Positions 24,750-37,900 of a stretch of 64,000 nt of DNA are shown here, piece by piece. Location of the stretch: the NCBI RefSeq assembly GCF_964204645.1, contig NC_134033.1, positions 1,880,131 to 1,944,130 of the forward strand. The letters run 5' to 3'. The notes beneath the pieces were generated by a model. That model did no database searches. It was given only the letters and a program-made list of their open reading frames with translations, and was not told where the DNA came from. A program made the translations under genes and the position numbers. Numbering within the stretch: position 1 is the first letter of the stretch; every line of letters begins with the position of its first letter. This stretch comes from Tubulanus polymorphus. Taxonomy: Eukaryota; Animalia; Nemertea.

Positions 24750-27700
24750 CTGTAAACAAAGAAAAATGCAGAAAATGTTTAACAGTCGTTTTCAATTAAA
24801 AGTCCGCCAGCTTATTATGTTCGTTTCTTCGGTAGACTGGTTGCCTGTTAGCATTCGCAGTCGAAGTTAAAAACCGGCAACCAGTCTATTTGTTCGGTTG
24901 TTCAGTGGTGTACTGGAACGACAATTCGAGATGGCGGCTATGTAGAGGGCGCTATAGGAGGATAGAGATGCAAATACAATATTTCCGGGCGAAAGCGCCC
25001 GAACATACTTAACAGTGGTACTCTAGGTAGCTGTAAGTATCATCGGTAACATCCAGGTTGCAAGTGGCCCTTGAGGATCTTAATCGCAATAATCTAAATT
25101 TATTCTCAAAATTGTCATCCATATGACCATCTGCAACCGATTGCAGATTCTTTGCTTGGCCTAATAGAAAATTATATACGTAACATCACTATGTTTTCTC
25201 TAGCATCCTAACCATACATTTTGTCAAAAAAATCATTCTTTTCTAAATTCTGTAATTGTAAATATAGTATGTTGTACGTTCTTTTCTATGAAATAAATGA
25301 ACTTGAACTTGAACCGACACTAGCCGTTACTGGCTCTGAATGAAGCTCTGGCCCCGTCGGTTTCACATAAAAGTTTAAATCTTAAATCTATTTTAAAGAT
25401 CTTAGGGTTCACACTATCTTTGTATTGTGAATTCACTGAATGTTAAGAATTAATCCTCAGAATTGGTTCAATTCGAATTGGAACGGCCTGATTTCATCGA
25501 AGACATAACAGGACACAATATGGCCAGATTTTGTCACGATGCGGTTCAATGGACACGGCCACCACTGGCTAGATAATACCGCAGAACTATAAGCGTTTGG
25601 CTCTATCATAATACCAGACTGACCCACTTTTAACTTCAATATCTTGACGATTCACTAATGCATGCAGCTGATAGATATTCTAGAGTCTGAATTAGAATGA
25701 TATGCCGAATTGTTACGAGAAATATCTTACAATAGTTTGCAACGGGGTGCAAGGCCTATGGCTAATTCCCAAATTTCTTATCAAAATCACTTACCAGTTA
25801 TTAGCGCAAAAATACTCATGAGCAGCGTCAGACCCGGACCCGCTTGTTCCGGAATCTGGTTCAATATAGTATATTTGCATTGAATTTGACCATACTCAGC
25901 TGCCACCTTCTTTTTTTTATAGAAAAATCGCCAATGAAATTACGGAAATAAAATGGCGGTCTTTCGAACTGTGCGCGTTGAGTTGATTTCGTTCAAAATC
26001 ATGCAACTTCAGCGGCCTTCCTTTTACCAGACAATAAAAGCAACGCAAGACACAAAATTACTTGAAATTTGATCTCAGCACAATTTATTTATTGATTTAT
26101 TAATTTCATGATGTCACATAATGAATAGTTAATATTTTTACGGGGGGGGGGGTGTTGGTGCGGTGGGGGTTGGTGCGGTGGGGGTTAGAAATGAGAGATG
26201 TTTCGTGATGACGGTACATTATGAGTTTAAACACTGATATATTGAAAATCTGCCGACGCGTGAAGATAGTTCAAACACTGATGTTCAAAAGGACACAAAA
26301 AATAACTTCACCCTTCCTGGCGTCTGGACGTGGTATATTTTTCTCTCCTGTGCAGGGCAGACTTTGACAGGAGCACAAACAAATGAAAAGAGGGCAAATG
26401 TCACCGTAGAGCATTAGCGCGCGGAGCCAAAATGGGTTTTTTTCAGAAAATTTTAGGAATAAAATCGTCTTGGCTGGAAAGTTAAAATGGAAAAATTGCC
26501 TTGAAAAAGTCCTACCATTGTTTTTTAAAAGGGCATGGGAAAATCGCGAACTTTATGCGCTCCAATCTGGATTCGCCCCTGGTATATGCAAGCGCGTTTG
26601 AAGCAATCTTTGATTGCCGCGGCCATTTGCCAATTTAAAACATTGTTGCAGCAAATTTTACTTCAATTTCTTTGAAAACATGGTATTCAAAGAAAACATA
26701 TTGCCACGGCTTTGGCCGCTGCACTTCCAACGCCAATATGTACTTTAAGCATAAGATAAATGTACCTAACCCCCCGGCCCCCAGACACACAAACCAATGC
26801 AAACATCGTTTCTCATACATTGCATTTCTAGCCTTTGTCCTCAAAGCAATGAGGGGGTCAAGCCTAGGTAAGCTCAAGGGGTAAACTCATACGATTGCCT
26901 ATGTATGCAATGAATGCCTCGCGAACATCAATATTGCTGTTTGATTTAAGAATTCGGGGATTTGATGAAAAATCTATTGCACTTTCTGAAACATTATACT
27001 ATTCGCCTGAATCCTTGAAACTTCGACCAGGCGACAGTTGCACAGTCAATGGCCTAGGTTTAAGACCGGTCTAAGTATCTCTACGGACAATCTAACGTAA
27101 GACCAGTGCTGCCAACCTCTGCAAAGCGCTATCTGTAACAAATTAAATTATTTTCGGTAACATTTCGTTAAAATGTGAAAGAAAATGTTCAAATTAATTA
27201 GTTATCAACAGTAAGAACTTCAGCAACATCTTTCATATTCCTTCTGCACGCATTAAACAAATCTAAACAGTATTTCTCGTCATAAAATAGTAACAAAAAC
27301 TGAAAATCTGGAACAGTTGGCGGCTCTGTAAGCCAAGTCTTTAGATTTATGACCACTTCTGGACCCAGGTCATGATTGTGAATGCCATGTCTGGCTTCAG
27401 GACAGAAAGCTAGACTTCAAGTATAGAAGCTGATCCGATGAACTAAATTCTTCTTTTTGCATTAATTTCACCGATTTATCAATCAAACTTTAAACGACGA
27501 TTATCCTTAACGAAATGAGAAAATGGATTTTTTTTTACAAATGAACGAAATGAACATGCTTGAATAAGAAAAATATACAAAATATGTACTGCCATAGGGG
27601 GGTCAGGCATGGGGGTGTTAAGGGGTAGCTATTATACAGTTAGAAATGCGAGGGGCCTGTACACAAAGAACGCACACAAAACGTCACCGATTTTAAACAT

Positions 27701-30467
27701 CACAGATGTAAACTATTTCAAACGTTAACATACATACTCGGGGAGAAGAAACCGATTTAGACGCCCTCGCTAGTCACGGATGTGTACAAGCTCCGTGAAC
27801 ATGGTTTTTGAGTAAATATATATTCACAGGCACCAGTTTTTGTAACGGGATTGCGGGACCAGTTACTCAAAAGTTGCTCGACGACAAACGGAGGATAGAT
27901 ACCATAGAACTTTTAATCGCCACTACGTCAATTATTATCCACCGGTTATCTTTCAAGCAAATTTCTAATCGATGCATTTTTTCGAGAACGAAGTCTTTTG
28001 ATTGGCCAATCATCGTGCGAAAATAGTGAACAGACAGACACATCGAGAGAGATAGAGGAGCGTACACAGCAGGATTCAATACAATTATTCATCGATACAA
28101 ACTCGTCTGCTATATACGTATTATACAGTAGACTACGCTCAAATCGGACCTTTCCCGATTGCAAAGATTTGTCCGACTTCAGAGCGATATCCGAGGTAAA
28201 TCTAATATATAAAGGGCGGATTTAGGGGCTGGTCTCAGGGTCTGCACCCCCTGCCTTCCCATTGAGGTGGCTCTTTTTCGTCAAGACAGATATCATAAAT
28301 TTGACACTCATCCTCTCGGATATTGCAACCTTTCGGATGCGTATCTTCAAAAATATCCAAAACTGATGACGAATCCCACTAGAGACCTTTGACATGGCTA
28401 CTTTATCCGACAAATGTCTTTTGTTTTCTTTACTGGACCCAGGCCTTCCAGTTTTTCTAGATCCACTCCTGTATATATTTCATAGCTTCACACAAATATT
28501 CAAACGAACATCAACATTAAACAGTTATCTCTGAGTAAAACTCTTGTGTCTTGCGATAAACAGCTCTTTTCGAGCTAAACGCTTATCTCTGCTGTTGTTA
28601 GATCTGACTTGAGCAAAGTCTACTGTATATAATATACATATTTATATATATATATATCTATATATTCATATATATATATATTTATATTTACATTGACACT
28701 TTTCATTCGAGATTGAGCACCATTTTATTATCATAATATCAATATCTATATTCATATCTTATTATCATTATTTTCATCACTACATTCATATAGAAGGTGG
28801 TCGACCTGATTCATTTCCGCCTCAGACCCAGTTCCTCCAATCCTTCAGGATTTTCGTTCCATTAGCGTTCTGAAGTTTGAGTAACTCCAAAAGATTTATG
28901 TTCAAACTGAATTTAACGAGCCATTTGTTATAACGAACAGATTATCTGGTGCCTTGATGTTTGTTTTAACGAGGTTCCGCTGTATTTTACTCCAGAATCA
29001 AACTAACTCCCGATAACTGTGGAACTAGATTCAAAGTATGTTCACCTTGTCAAATGAAACCCCAGTCAACTGTTGAACCGCGTCCAGAAACGAATCAAAT
29101 CCACACAATTGTGGAACTGGAACCTGACCTATGTTTTCTTGACATTCCTACGAACATTCTAAGAGGTATTTTCTGATTTTCTGATACTTAGAGACTAGAT
29201 ATACATAGTTATACATTACTGATGACTGTCTAATTCTACCTTAAAAAATATCCACTTCACTTTTCATCATGTGTTCTAGTGACATAGTACTACATCTACC
29301 GGTAATAACGATTCTAAATTTTGATTTTAATTTTCCCCTCAAAAACGAGTGGAAATCTGTCCATTTTGAATCATTCAGGATTGTAAATTTTGATTATACG
29401 TTTTCCTCAAAGACGAGTTGAAATTTGTCTATTTTGAATCATTGGAAACCCGCAACTCGCACCAGGGTTCAAATAGTGATAAGTCCAAAGCTTTAAACGG
29501 TTAAGTCTGAATTGTCGTCCAACAATCGCTAGCTTTTTCGTGAAAATGAACCCTGAAATATGTTCACATGACTGGTCAATAAGCGAAACCGACAGTTATG
29601 GTTTTCTGATCATGAAGTTTAGTGAAAACTTTCAAACTGTCATAATAAACTGTTATATCATCATTAACTGTCGGTTTTGCTCATTAATCCTGAAATGCGT
29701 TCTTTAAGTCAGAATACAACCATCATTTTTAAGCCGTTTCTAGTCAAATTAAGCTCACACTAAATGTGAAACTGACTATACATATTTATCACAAAAATAC
29801 AGCGCTCTGCTTTTAGAAGCAAATGAGTTTTTATTTCGAGTTTATTGAATTTTAGACGCGATATCAAAACCTCAACTCTCCTTCGAGAATTTGAGAGGTT
29901 TTTCGCGGTCAGTTTTTCATTCTCTTTTTTTTTTCATTTTCTAGAATACGCAACGTTTCATAAACAAATCCGTCTGCTCGTCAGCCCGCTTGCCAGGGGC
30001 TATTTCACGGCGTCCGACGAGACAAAACAATTAACAATCTTTAACAACAATCCCTCTCTCGCCCAATCAGACGCGCGAATTTCGCGAAACTCTCCCATCG
30101 TTCTCGGAAAACCGTTTTTCGTAGGATTCGATATTATTACGACTGAATCTAACGCCGCAGCAGGACCCGTCATCGTCAAACGCCCGTTCTCATCGCCGCG
30201 GCAACAACAGCAGCATTTAATTTCATCACTGAAAAAAAAATTCACCCGAAACATTTTCGCAGCAGACGGATGAACAACTTCCAGCAGACGTAAAATCGTT
30301 AACAAACCGATATCTTTAAAACTCGAGACTTTCTCCTCTCTTCGCGTCATCGGCGATCACAAATTTTGTTCATCGGGAAAATTCACGCAGCAGACGATCA
30401 CGGTTACGCGCTCGCATGAAAACAACTAACAGACGTCTCTTAATAAATACGCGTCGAGCGTCGCGGG

Positions 30468-30630
30468 TCATTTTTTCTTGCCGCATTTACGGTTCGATTT
30501 TTCGCGAAACGACGACGACGACGTAGCATTGTTACCTCTGCTGCTGCTGCTGCCATGGTTACCGGCGTCAGTCGACGATTTTTCGCGAGAGTTTTTCGAA
30601 TTTAAACGCGCCGCATATTCTTGAGCTCTC
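30468..30630 (-). CDS. SCHIP1: SCHIP1 terminal coding exon (RRAQEYAARLNSKNSREK...CGKKK-stop)
   Basis: Acceptor TTATTTTTGTACAG|, phase 2 continuing ...DLT-R. TGA at 30470-30468. Confidence 0.8.
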
Positions 30631-31277
30631 CTGTACAAAAATAAGATGGAAAATGGAACAAGACTTATATAGTATTGGTATTGCCAAAGTTTCAGGCTTT
30701 TTCACTTTGGTGCTTCTTCCACCTGCGTGGCGCCACTTAGGGCCCGGGTACAAATCACCTGAGTTTTCCCCGAATGTTCCATGTGATTACACTAATTTCC
30801 GTGAAGGCGAATCAGAGAAATTTCTAGGTTTTAAACGTTACAATTTATTCATTTTTCGTTAAATCACGGACTGATCAAGAATCGCGTAGTCAAAATAACA
30901 TTATCCTGATTCCCTGAGTTTCCAGGTTTTTGGTAAAATTTGTCAAATTCCCTGAGTTCATTGGAAGAATTGAAACTTTCAAACGTGACAATCGAAAAAG
31001 ATAAATTCCTCTTCCAGAATAAGCACGATCGAAGAAGGGACTTAATACTCACAATGAAGAGGGTCTCCCAAAAACCTTTGAAAGCTTTGAGAGATTTGCA
31101 GGCTTGCAACGTTATTTGTCATTAAGAACACTTTCAATTTCAAGAGTAGATTCATCACCTCGGGCCTAGTTCCATGAAGCTTATTCCAATCAGGTTAAAC
31201 CGAGGGAGAGAGGGTGTTGTTGGTACATATGTGATTAAAACAGGGGGAGGGGAGGAGAGGGTGTTGGTGGTACGTAC

Positions 31278-31371
31278 CTGGTTAAATCTTCTATATCGAC
31301 TAACATCGAATCCTGTTCCATGTGATTATCATCTCTACTCACTAATAACTGAACTAATTCTTCATTTAACC
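31278..31371 (-). CDS. SCHIP1: SCHIP1 exon ([31 protein letters not shown]), C-terminal coiled coil
   Basis: Closely matches recalled vertebrate SCHIP1 [30 protein letters not shown]. Acceptor TGTAG|, donor AG|GTACGT, phase 1-2. Confidence 0.93.
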
Positions 31372-31881
31372 CTACAATATCAAACGTCAGAATATATCCT
31401 CCGTTAATCACCCTATGACATCATCAAATTGTCATCTTACTGATTTGATCGATAGCCCTCCTGGAAAAATTGGCTTTCTGCTTAATCCACCTACGACATC
31501 ATATAAAACTTTCAAGAAAAGATGGCTACCTCCACAAATCCCCATGAATCCACTTATGACATCATCAAATTGTCATCCAAGAATCCCCCTATGACATCAT
31601 CAAATCGCTTTTCATCGCCATTTTTACCGAAGTCTAAAGTTCAAATCACTAATGGACAATTCTTTGATATCATGGGCAGACATATTTTCTGGATGGGTCT
31701 ACATATAGTGATGCTAAGGAAACCCACGATACCAATTTAAACAACTGTAATCGTATTTTTCTTACATTTCAAATGGAATCCTTCCAACCATCTTCAGAGC
31801 TTATTCTGAATCGAGTTGTTTAAATCATGGGTTTAAGACCAAGCATAACCTGAAAGTCATTTCAGGGCAATTTCCACTAAC

Positions 31882-31993
31882 CTTCTATTTGACTATGAAG
31901 GTCGTTGACTAACACTTGTAACTGTGCTATATTCATCTCGTACAACATATAACCATTGATCTGTTTTTGACCGGTGATCTTCGGCAATCCAAT
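31882..31993 (-). CDS. SCHIP1: SCHIP1 exon (IGLPKITGQKQINGYMLYEMNIAQLQVLVNDLHSQIE)
   Basis: Matches the SCHIP1 MTIGQLQVIVNDLHSQIE motif. Acceptor TTGCAG|, donor G|GTTAGT, phase 0-1. Confidence 0.92.
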
Positions 31994-32082
31994 CTGCAAT
32001 CGAAACATTAAAACAAACGTGTCAAAACAAGTGCTGCCGATTACGCGTACAGCGGCGTAAACTAGAACTAATAAAGACTGAC

Positions 32083-32157
32083 CATTATATCGGCGATCGG
32101 AGATTTCTTCTTTTTCTGTCGTTCGATCTCGAGTTGCATGTGAGCCATTGGACGAAC
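32083..32157 (-). CDS. SCHIP1: SCHIP1 exon (VRPMAHMQLEIERQKKKKSPIADIM)
   Basis: Matches SCHIP1 [23 protein letters not shown]. Acceptor TTTTTCCAG|, donor ATG|GTCAGT, phase 0-0. Confidence 0.92.
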
Positions 32158-33036
32158 CTGGAAAAATATTCAGAAAATGAAGAACAACATAGTCACAAGA
32201 GGAGACAGGGGCTGCAGTTGCTCAAAAGTATTTTTAGAGTTAACCAGTGGTGACCTAGTGACAGTTAAAGGTTCATTGTTACGATGGTGTTATCTATTCG
32301 CCGGTTATCTTTCACCAACTTTTCAGCAACTGGTCCCAGCAACTGGGCGTCAGTTTCATTGTTTAGAACCATTTTTATTGACTTCAGGGATCTGAATTTT
32401 CACAGGGTGGCGCCACTTTCCACCCATTTACAAATTCCCTCAATATTCCCTGATTTTTTCATGTGATTACACAAAATTCGACCAGAGAGTGAATCAGAGA
32501 AATTTTAAGGTTTAAAATGTTACAATCAATACATTTTTCATTGAATCATGTATCGATGAATAAACATCTAGTCGATGGCATTGTCCAAAATTTTAAGACG
32601 AAATGACAGATACCTAAAAATATTTAATTCATAAGCTTGTTCTCTGTATCCCAAAAGTTATTTATTTTTCCCGATAAGTTTCCTTTTTTGGGTCCCCTTT
32701 TAATCATATATGATACACCCTGACTCAGACTCTAGATCTGCTCCTGATATCCATGCTATCTAGTGGGCTACCTGGGCCAACTTCGGTTTTCGTAGCTAGT
32801 CGACTAGTGGTCGGAACTAATAACCGAACACAATCCAGTTCGGTCGTAACGTATTTCACAGTGCCGGCCATCTTGAACCTAGGTCTGAACTGTAGCGACC
32901 GTGCTCAATTGCGTGGGTGACCATTTCCGGACTATAGTTCCGACTAACGGACATTCGGTTTCATTTAGTTCGACTATAGTCGACTAACTCCGATGACCGG
33001 AGGTGGCCCTGCCAGCAAGGAATCCACTTTACGAAC

Positions 33037-33201
33037 CTGAGCTAGAGCCATTCTGGCTTCGGCTTGTAGTCGAGCTTGTTTAGTGAAGAAATCCTCGTTG
33101 CTGCCATCTATTGGCTTCGACTGCGTGTACAGATCGATATCGCTGCTGTGTCGCGCTGGGGACGGTGTTTTTAATTTCACGGGAGGTTGAATCTGTTTAG
33201 G
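33037..33201 (-). CDS. SCHIP1: SCHIP1 exon (PKQIQPP...DFFTKQARLQAEARMALAQ)
   Basis: Matches SCHIP1 DFLTRQKKLQAEAKMALA. Acceptor TTTTTGCAG|, donor CAG|GTTCGT, 165 bp, phase 0-0. Confidence 0.9.
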
Positions 33202-33619
33202 CTGCAAAAACGATAAAAAATTCGGAAAAAAATGAATAACAATAATAATAATCATTATCATAATAACAATAGTTGAAATTCAAATGTTATTATCATAAAA
33301 GACTTAAAAATACGATTTAATATCAGATCTCTAGTTCCTTCCTAAAATTCTAGATCTCTCCACGAGCGGAGTCCGTCTGCTCCCCCCCCCCCCCACAATA
33401 CATGTGTATATTCACTCCACTAATAATTGTTGTTTTTTGTACCTAAACTAACCATTCAAAATTTTCCAAATACAACAATAATTACATCAAATTGAACACT
33501 TATTCTACAACATCTAACATCATATATAGAATAATAATAATCTGAAAAGAACAATAATAATAGAAATAAAAATAATAATATCCTCACTCGCCCCGGTACG
33601 CTTTCAATCCGATACATAC

Positions 33620-34087
33620 CAACAATCCGAGGTCGTCGTCATCGACGATGCTCCGTCTGCTCAAACTACGATCGTTGCACATGACGATATCGTCCTCTGC
33701 GTCCGATTCGCCGGATTCCTCCGATTCGCGACGAACCCGCGGTAAATCCAGCGGCGCCACCTCGGTCTCATCGCCGCGAATCAAATTCGTCGATTCCGAA
33801 TCTACGAGCGATTCGTTCGCGTCGTCATCGTCGTGGAGATAAGTTTGATCGTTCGTAGTCTGCTCTTTCGACGCGACCTCTTCGTTTTCATTATCATCGT
33901 CATCGTCGACGAGGTAAGTTCGCTCGAGATCGGCCTCCAGATCGGACGCCTCGGAAATACCGCGTAACCCTCCGCCCGTTACTTCTCGTACGCCGCCGCC
34001 GTAATAGGGGGCGCCGCCATCCGCGTCCTCCTCATCGTCGCTCAGAGGCATGTCGTTTATGTAGCATATTTGCATCGGTTTCGTAAA
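33620..34087 (-). CDS. SCHIP1: SCHIP1 acidic exon (FTKPMQICYINDMPLSDDEE...DDDDLGLL), possibly alternative
   Basis: 468 bp open, phase 0-0. Acceptor ...CGCGCAG|, donor TTG|GTATGT. Carries a second QIC(F/Y)xN motif. Confidence 0.75.
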
Positions 34088-34603
34088 CTGCGCGCGACGA
34101 ACGGAAAAAGCGAAAAACACAAATTGACAACATCGAAAAACAACAAATAGAGCATGAAAAAATACATCGATAGCGAGGTGAAACGAGGTACAGGCACTCG
34201 TCACCAGATGGCGTGAATGAAAGTAGGTTTTAGAGTAAAGTCAAACTAACACAAGTTTCAATTGAACGTATTCCAGTTCGGGAATATTGATTCCCCGAAT
34301 ACAAACTCTCTTCCATACTGTAACTGTACCGGTACCACATTTTATAAAACAGATTACACCACACTTAGTCATAAAATTCTTGGCTCTGCGTTAAAACCAA
34401 TTCACTGTGAAATCAAATTTTAACTCACAACTGCAGAACTAGTCCTGGTGTCATTTAAGCATCTGCAACCCAAACAACTTACCTTTATCGATGATCTGGA
34501 CCCAGTTCCACAATTAAGTGAAAGAATTCATTTTGACAATATGAAATCCTACGATCAGAATGAAACATCGAGGCTGAAATGTTACCTCGAGCTAATACCC
34601 ATT

Positions 34604-34647
34604 CATTCAACGTTTCGACTATATCCTAATAGTCATCTTCAGGAATA
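34604..34647 (-). ncRNA. Minimal type I hammerhead ribozyme (Penelope-like element type)
   Basis: Minus strand reads UAUUC-CUGAAGA-U-GACUAU-uaggau-AUAGUC-GAAAC-GUU-GAAUG. It has an intact core, a 6-bp stem II, a palindromic ACGU stem III and a 5-bp stem I. Confidence 0.7.
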
Positions 34648-34949
34648 TTCTTGGAAGATGACTATTAGGATATAGTCGAAATGTCTAATAAACTACTAGC
34701 TCAAGGAAACATTTTCGGACTTGATGTTTTTTCATTTTCATCATGGGATTTTGTATATATAATTGTTGTTACAACTCCAAGCATTTCACGACCATGGAAC
34801 TGGGTCCTTACTACGCGAATATTTAGTAACGTAACCGACACGTAGGTGGCGTTGCTTACCTCCCATCTGCGAGTGTAATTGATCGACAGCTGGCGACGTC
34901 CTTTAACGGGGTAAACGTACAGCGATTCGTCGCGGTATCTCATCTTACC

Positions 34950-35560
34950 GACCACCTCGTTCATATTCCGAAAACCTTAAGCATTAATGATCGATATAAA
35001 TATAGCCTTCAGGCAGTCATATCGGGTTTAAATACGGCCCACAGGCAGCCACTTAGAAATTGATACCGATTCAAATATGGCCACCACCTCGTTCATATTC
35101 CGAAAACCTTAAGCATTAATGATCGATATAAATATAGCCTTCAGGCAGTCATATCGGGTTTAAATACGGCCCACAGGCAGCCACTTAGAAATTGATACCG
35201 ATTCGAATATGGCCATCATCTCGTTCATATTCCCAAAAACTTAGGCATTAATGATCGATATAAATATAGCCCTCAGGCAGTCATATCGGGTTTAAATACG
35301 GCCCACAGGCAGCCACTTAGAAATTGATACCGATTCGAATATGGCCATCATCTCGTTCATATTCCCAAAAACTTAGGCATTAATGATCGATATAAATATA
35401 GCCCTCAGGCAGTCATATCATGTTCAAATACGGCCCACAGGCAGCCACTTAGAAATTAATACCGATTCAAATATGGCCATCACCTTGTTCATATTACTAA
35501 AAACCTACGCATTAATGATTTATATAAATATAGCCCTCAGGCAGCCACTTAAGATAATAT
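34950..35560. repeat. 132-bp tandem repeat, ~4.5 copies
   Basis: CTCGTTCATATTCC...GCATTAATGATCGATATAAATATAGCC...GGCCCACAGGCAGCCACTTAG recurs every 132 bp. Confidence 0.95.
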
Positions 35561-37749
35561 CGATTCGAATATGCACACAAAGCCATATCTTCGCATAGAA
35601 AAACCTATTGAAATATGGCCCCTAAACCTCGTAGTTTTACAAGTCTTAAAATCCTAGCAATGAGTCATTTTCAAACAAGCAATGATTGATACGCCTAAGA
35701 CTCATACGCCTACCTTAACAGAATGACCGAAATATGGCCACCAGGCAGCTCAGATCAATAGTCAAAGGGAAATTTTCAAACCTTCTGTTATTTAGCGAGT
35801 CGGACTATTAAAAGCCAACAAAAATCTGTAACTAAGCCAGGTACCAGGAAGCTAGTACGCCAGACATACCTAAATATATTATTCATCCTAATCAGATTTA
35901 AAAACGGCTGCCAGGCAGCTTATAACTTTTATCGTACGCCGCGATTAATACGAGAACCGTTGAAATTAAAACCTATTGAAAGATGAATCTAATACGGCCC
36001 CCAGGCGGCTAATAACGCGTATGAAGAGAATAACGCTCGGCTGAATACGACGATAACTCGAGAATCGAGATGGAAATACCGAACTAAGCCGACCCTCTCG
36101 CGTCCGTTTGAAAGTAATTAAAGATTATACATAATTCATACGGAATGAAAAGGATGCCGTACGGATGAATATTCAAAACGCGTAATTATATCAGCTCTAT
36201 ATATATCGATCGCAACGAATACTTACGAAAATCTAATTACACCCTCGAGATAATAGCCGGTAATAGCTCGAAATATCGTCGAGAAGAAATACGGCGGACA
36301 AAAGATTTCAAATGCGCTCTCGAGAATTGCGTTCGTTTTACCGCCGGAGAAAAACTAGTTCATCGTCGTTCGTAGCAGACGTGAATGAATAGAAAGTTCG
36401 TGGAATCGCTGTTATATCGGAGCAGGACGGGGATTTACCAGCGTCGAATGAATCGGTTCTAAGTACAAAGTTCATATCAGTCGATGATGCGCTGTTTGCA
36501 TTGCGGCTTTTATTCCAGGATGGAGAATTATCCTATTTTCTATCGGTACAGAATATATAAATAACAAGGAATTATCACGAAAACAAACAAAAACTTTTTT
36601 TCTATAAAAATGGCTCAAAAACCCACACAATCCGAATAGGAAGTATTTGCGTTGCACACCGAAATCAGGGCTTATATGGGACGAAAATTATCTGATTCGC
36701 CAGTTCTAAATTACCTTTTTCATATTTCGCGATTAACTTCTGCAGATCTTCCAACATCATCAGGCTTTAAGCCGAATTTTTCAAGGATTACGAAGTCTGA
36801 ATTTCTGTTCTCGAGAACTGCGTCGATCTCGCCAGAACTATTCAAACTAAATATTTAGATGTCTTATAAATGACAGCTACGATGCCAGCACCTCATGTTG
36901 TTTTCTAAAGATTATCAATTACTTACTAATTAGATGAGTTAATTAATTGGTTTGCGTTAATTAACGCCCAGTAATTGATTTGTAGGCATGATTATCACTT
37001 TTATATAAAGACCTCCTACAAACCTATCGCCAAACATTATGTAAAATTATAGACCATTTCGACGAATCTATCCAGAAGTTAGAATCAAGTAATCAACAAG
37101 ATACGATAAAAAAAACAGACTGATCACAATCTGGAGGCAGATTGAAATAAAATTTCTAAAACTTGAGGAATATCACCTTTATATAATTAGTCAACTCTAT
37201 TTTCTCAATTTTTTTCTTAACAAATTTTATCGATAAATTTTGAACGGACGTCTAAAATCGGACTGCTGGAATTTCTGACGGAAAAAAAAAACGTCATTCA
37301 AAATCTACAAGGAGTCTCTGATAGTTTCATTGATTTCAGTACAAAACGTGAAACTAGCCTCACAGCTCGCCGGGTTAATATCGGTAAAATTCTACGCGTT
37401 TTCATAAACGGTACTTCATAACAACCGTACGATTTCGATTCAATCAAAAACCCTTATTTCCGGGACGAGATTCTTTTTTAGCGCGGAATGAATGAACAAC
37501 GCCGACGTTTTCATATCGAAATCGTCATTTTCATATCGACATTTCTGGCAACGAGCCAATACGTAACACACATCGGCGGCGCGGGGAACCTGAAGTATGT
37601 AATAATATCTATCAATTGCGATTCAAGCGTTCGTCCGATATCGGTGTCAAAATGTAATCAGTTTTGATTACCGCGCGATTAAAAAGAATCCATTAGTAAC
37701 GAGTGTATCCGAGGTGAATCATTAATACCAGTACAAATATTCATATCCG

Positions 37750-37900
37750 CACGCCCCACAATACGATCACCTGCCCCATAATACGGTTACCTGCCCCACA
37801 ATACGGTTACCTGCCCCGCAATACGACCACCTGCCCCGCAATACGTCCACCTGCCCCGCAATACGATCACCTGCCCCGCAATACGACCACCTGCCCCGCT
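37750..37900. repeat. 20-bp minisatellite (CTGCCCCGCAATACGACCAC), ~7 copies
   Basis: Directly visible. Confidence 0.93.
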
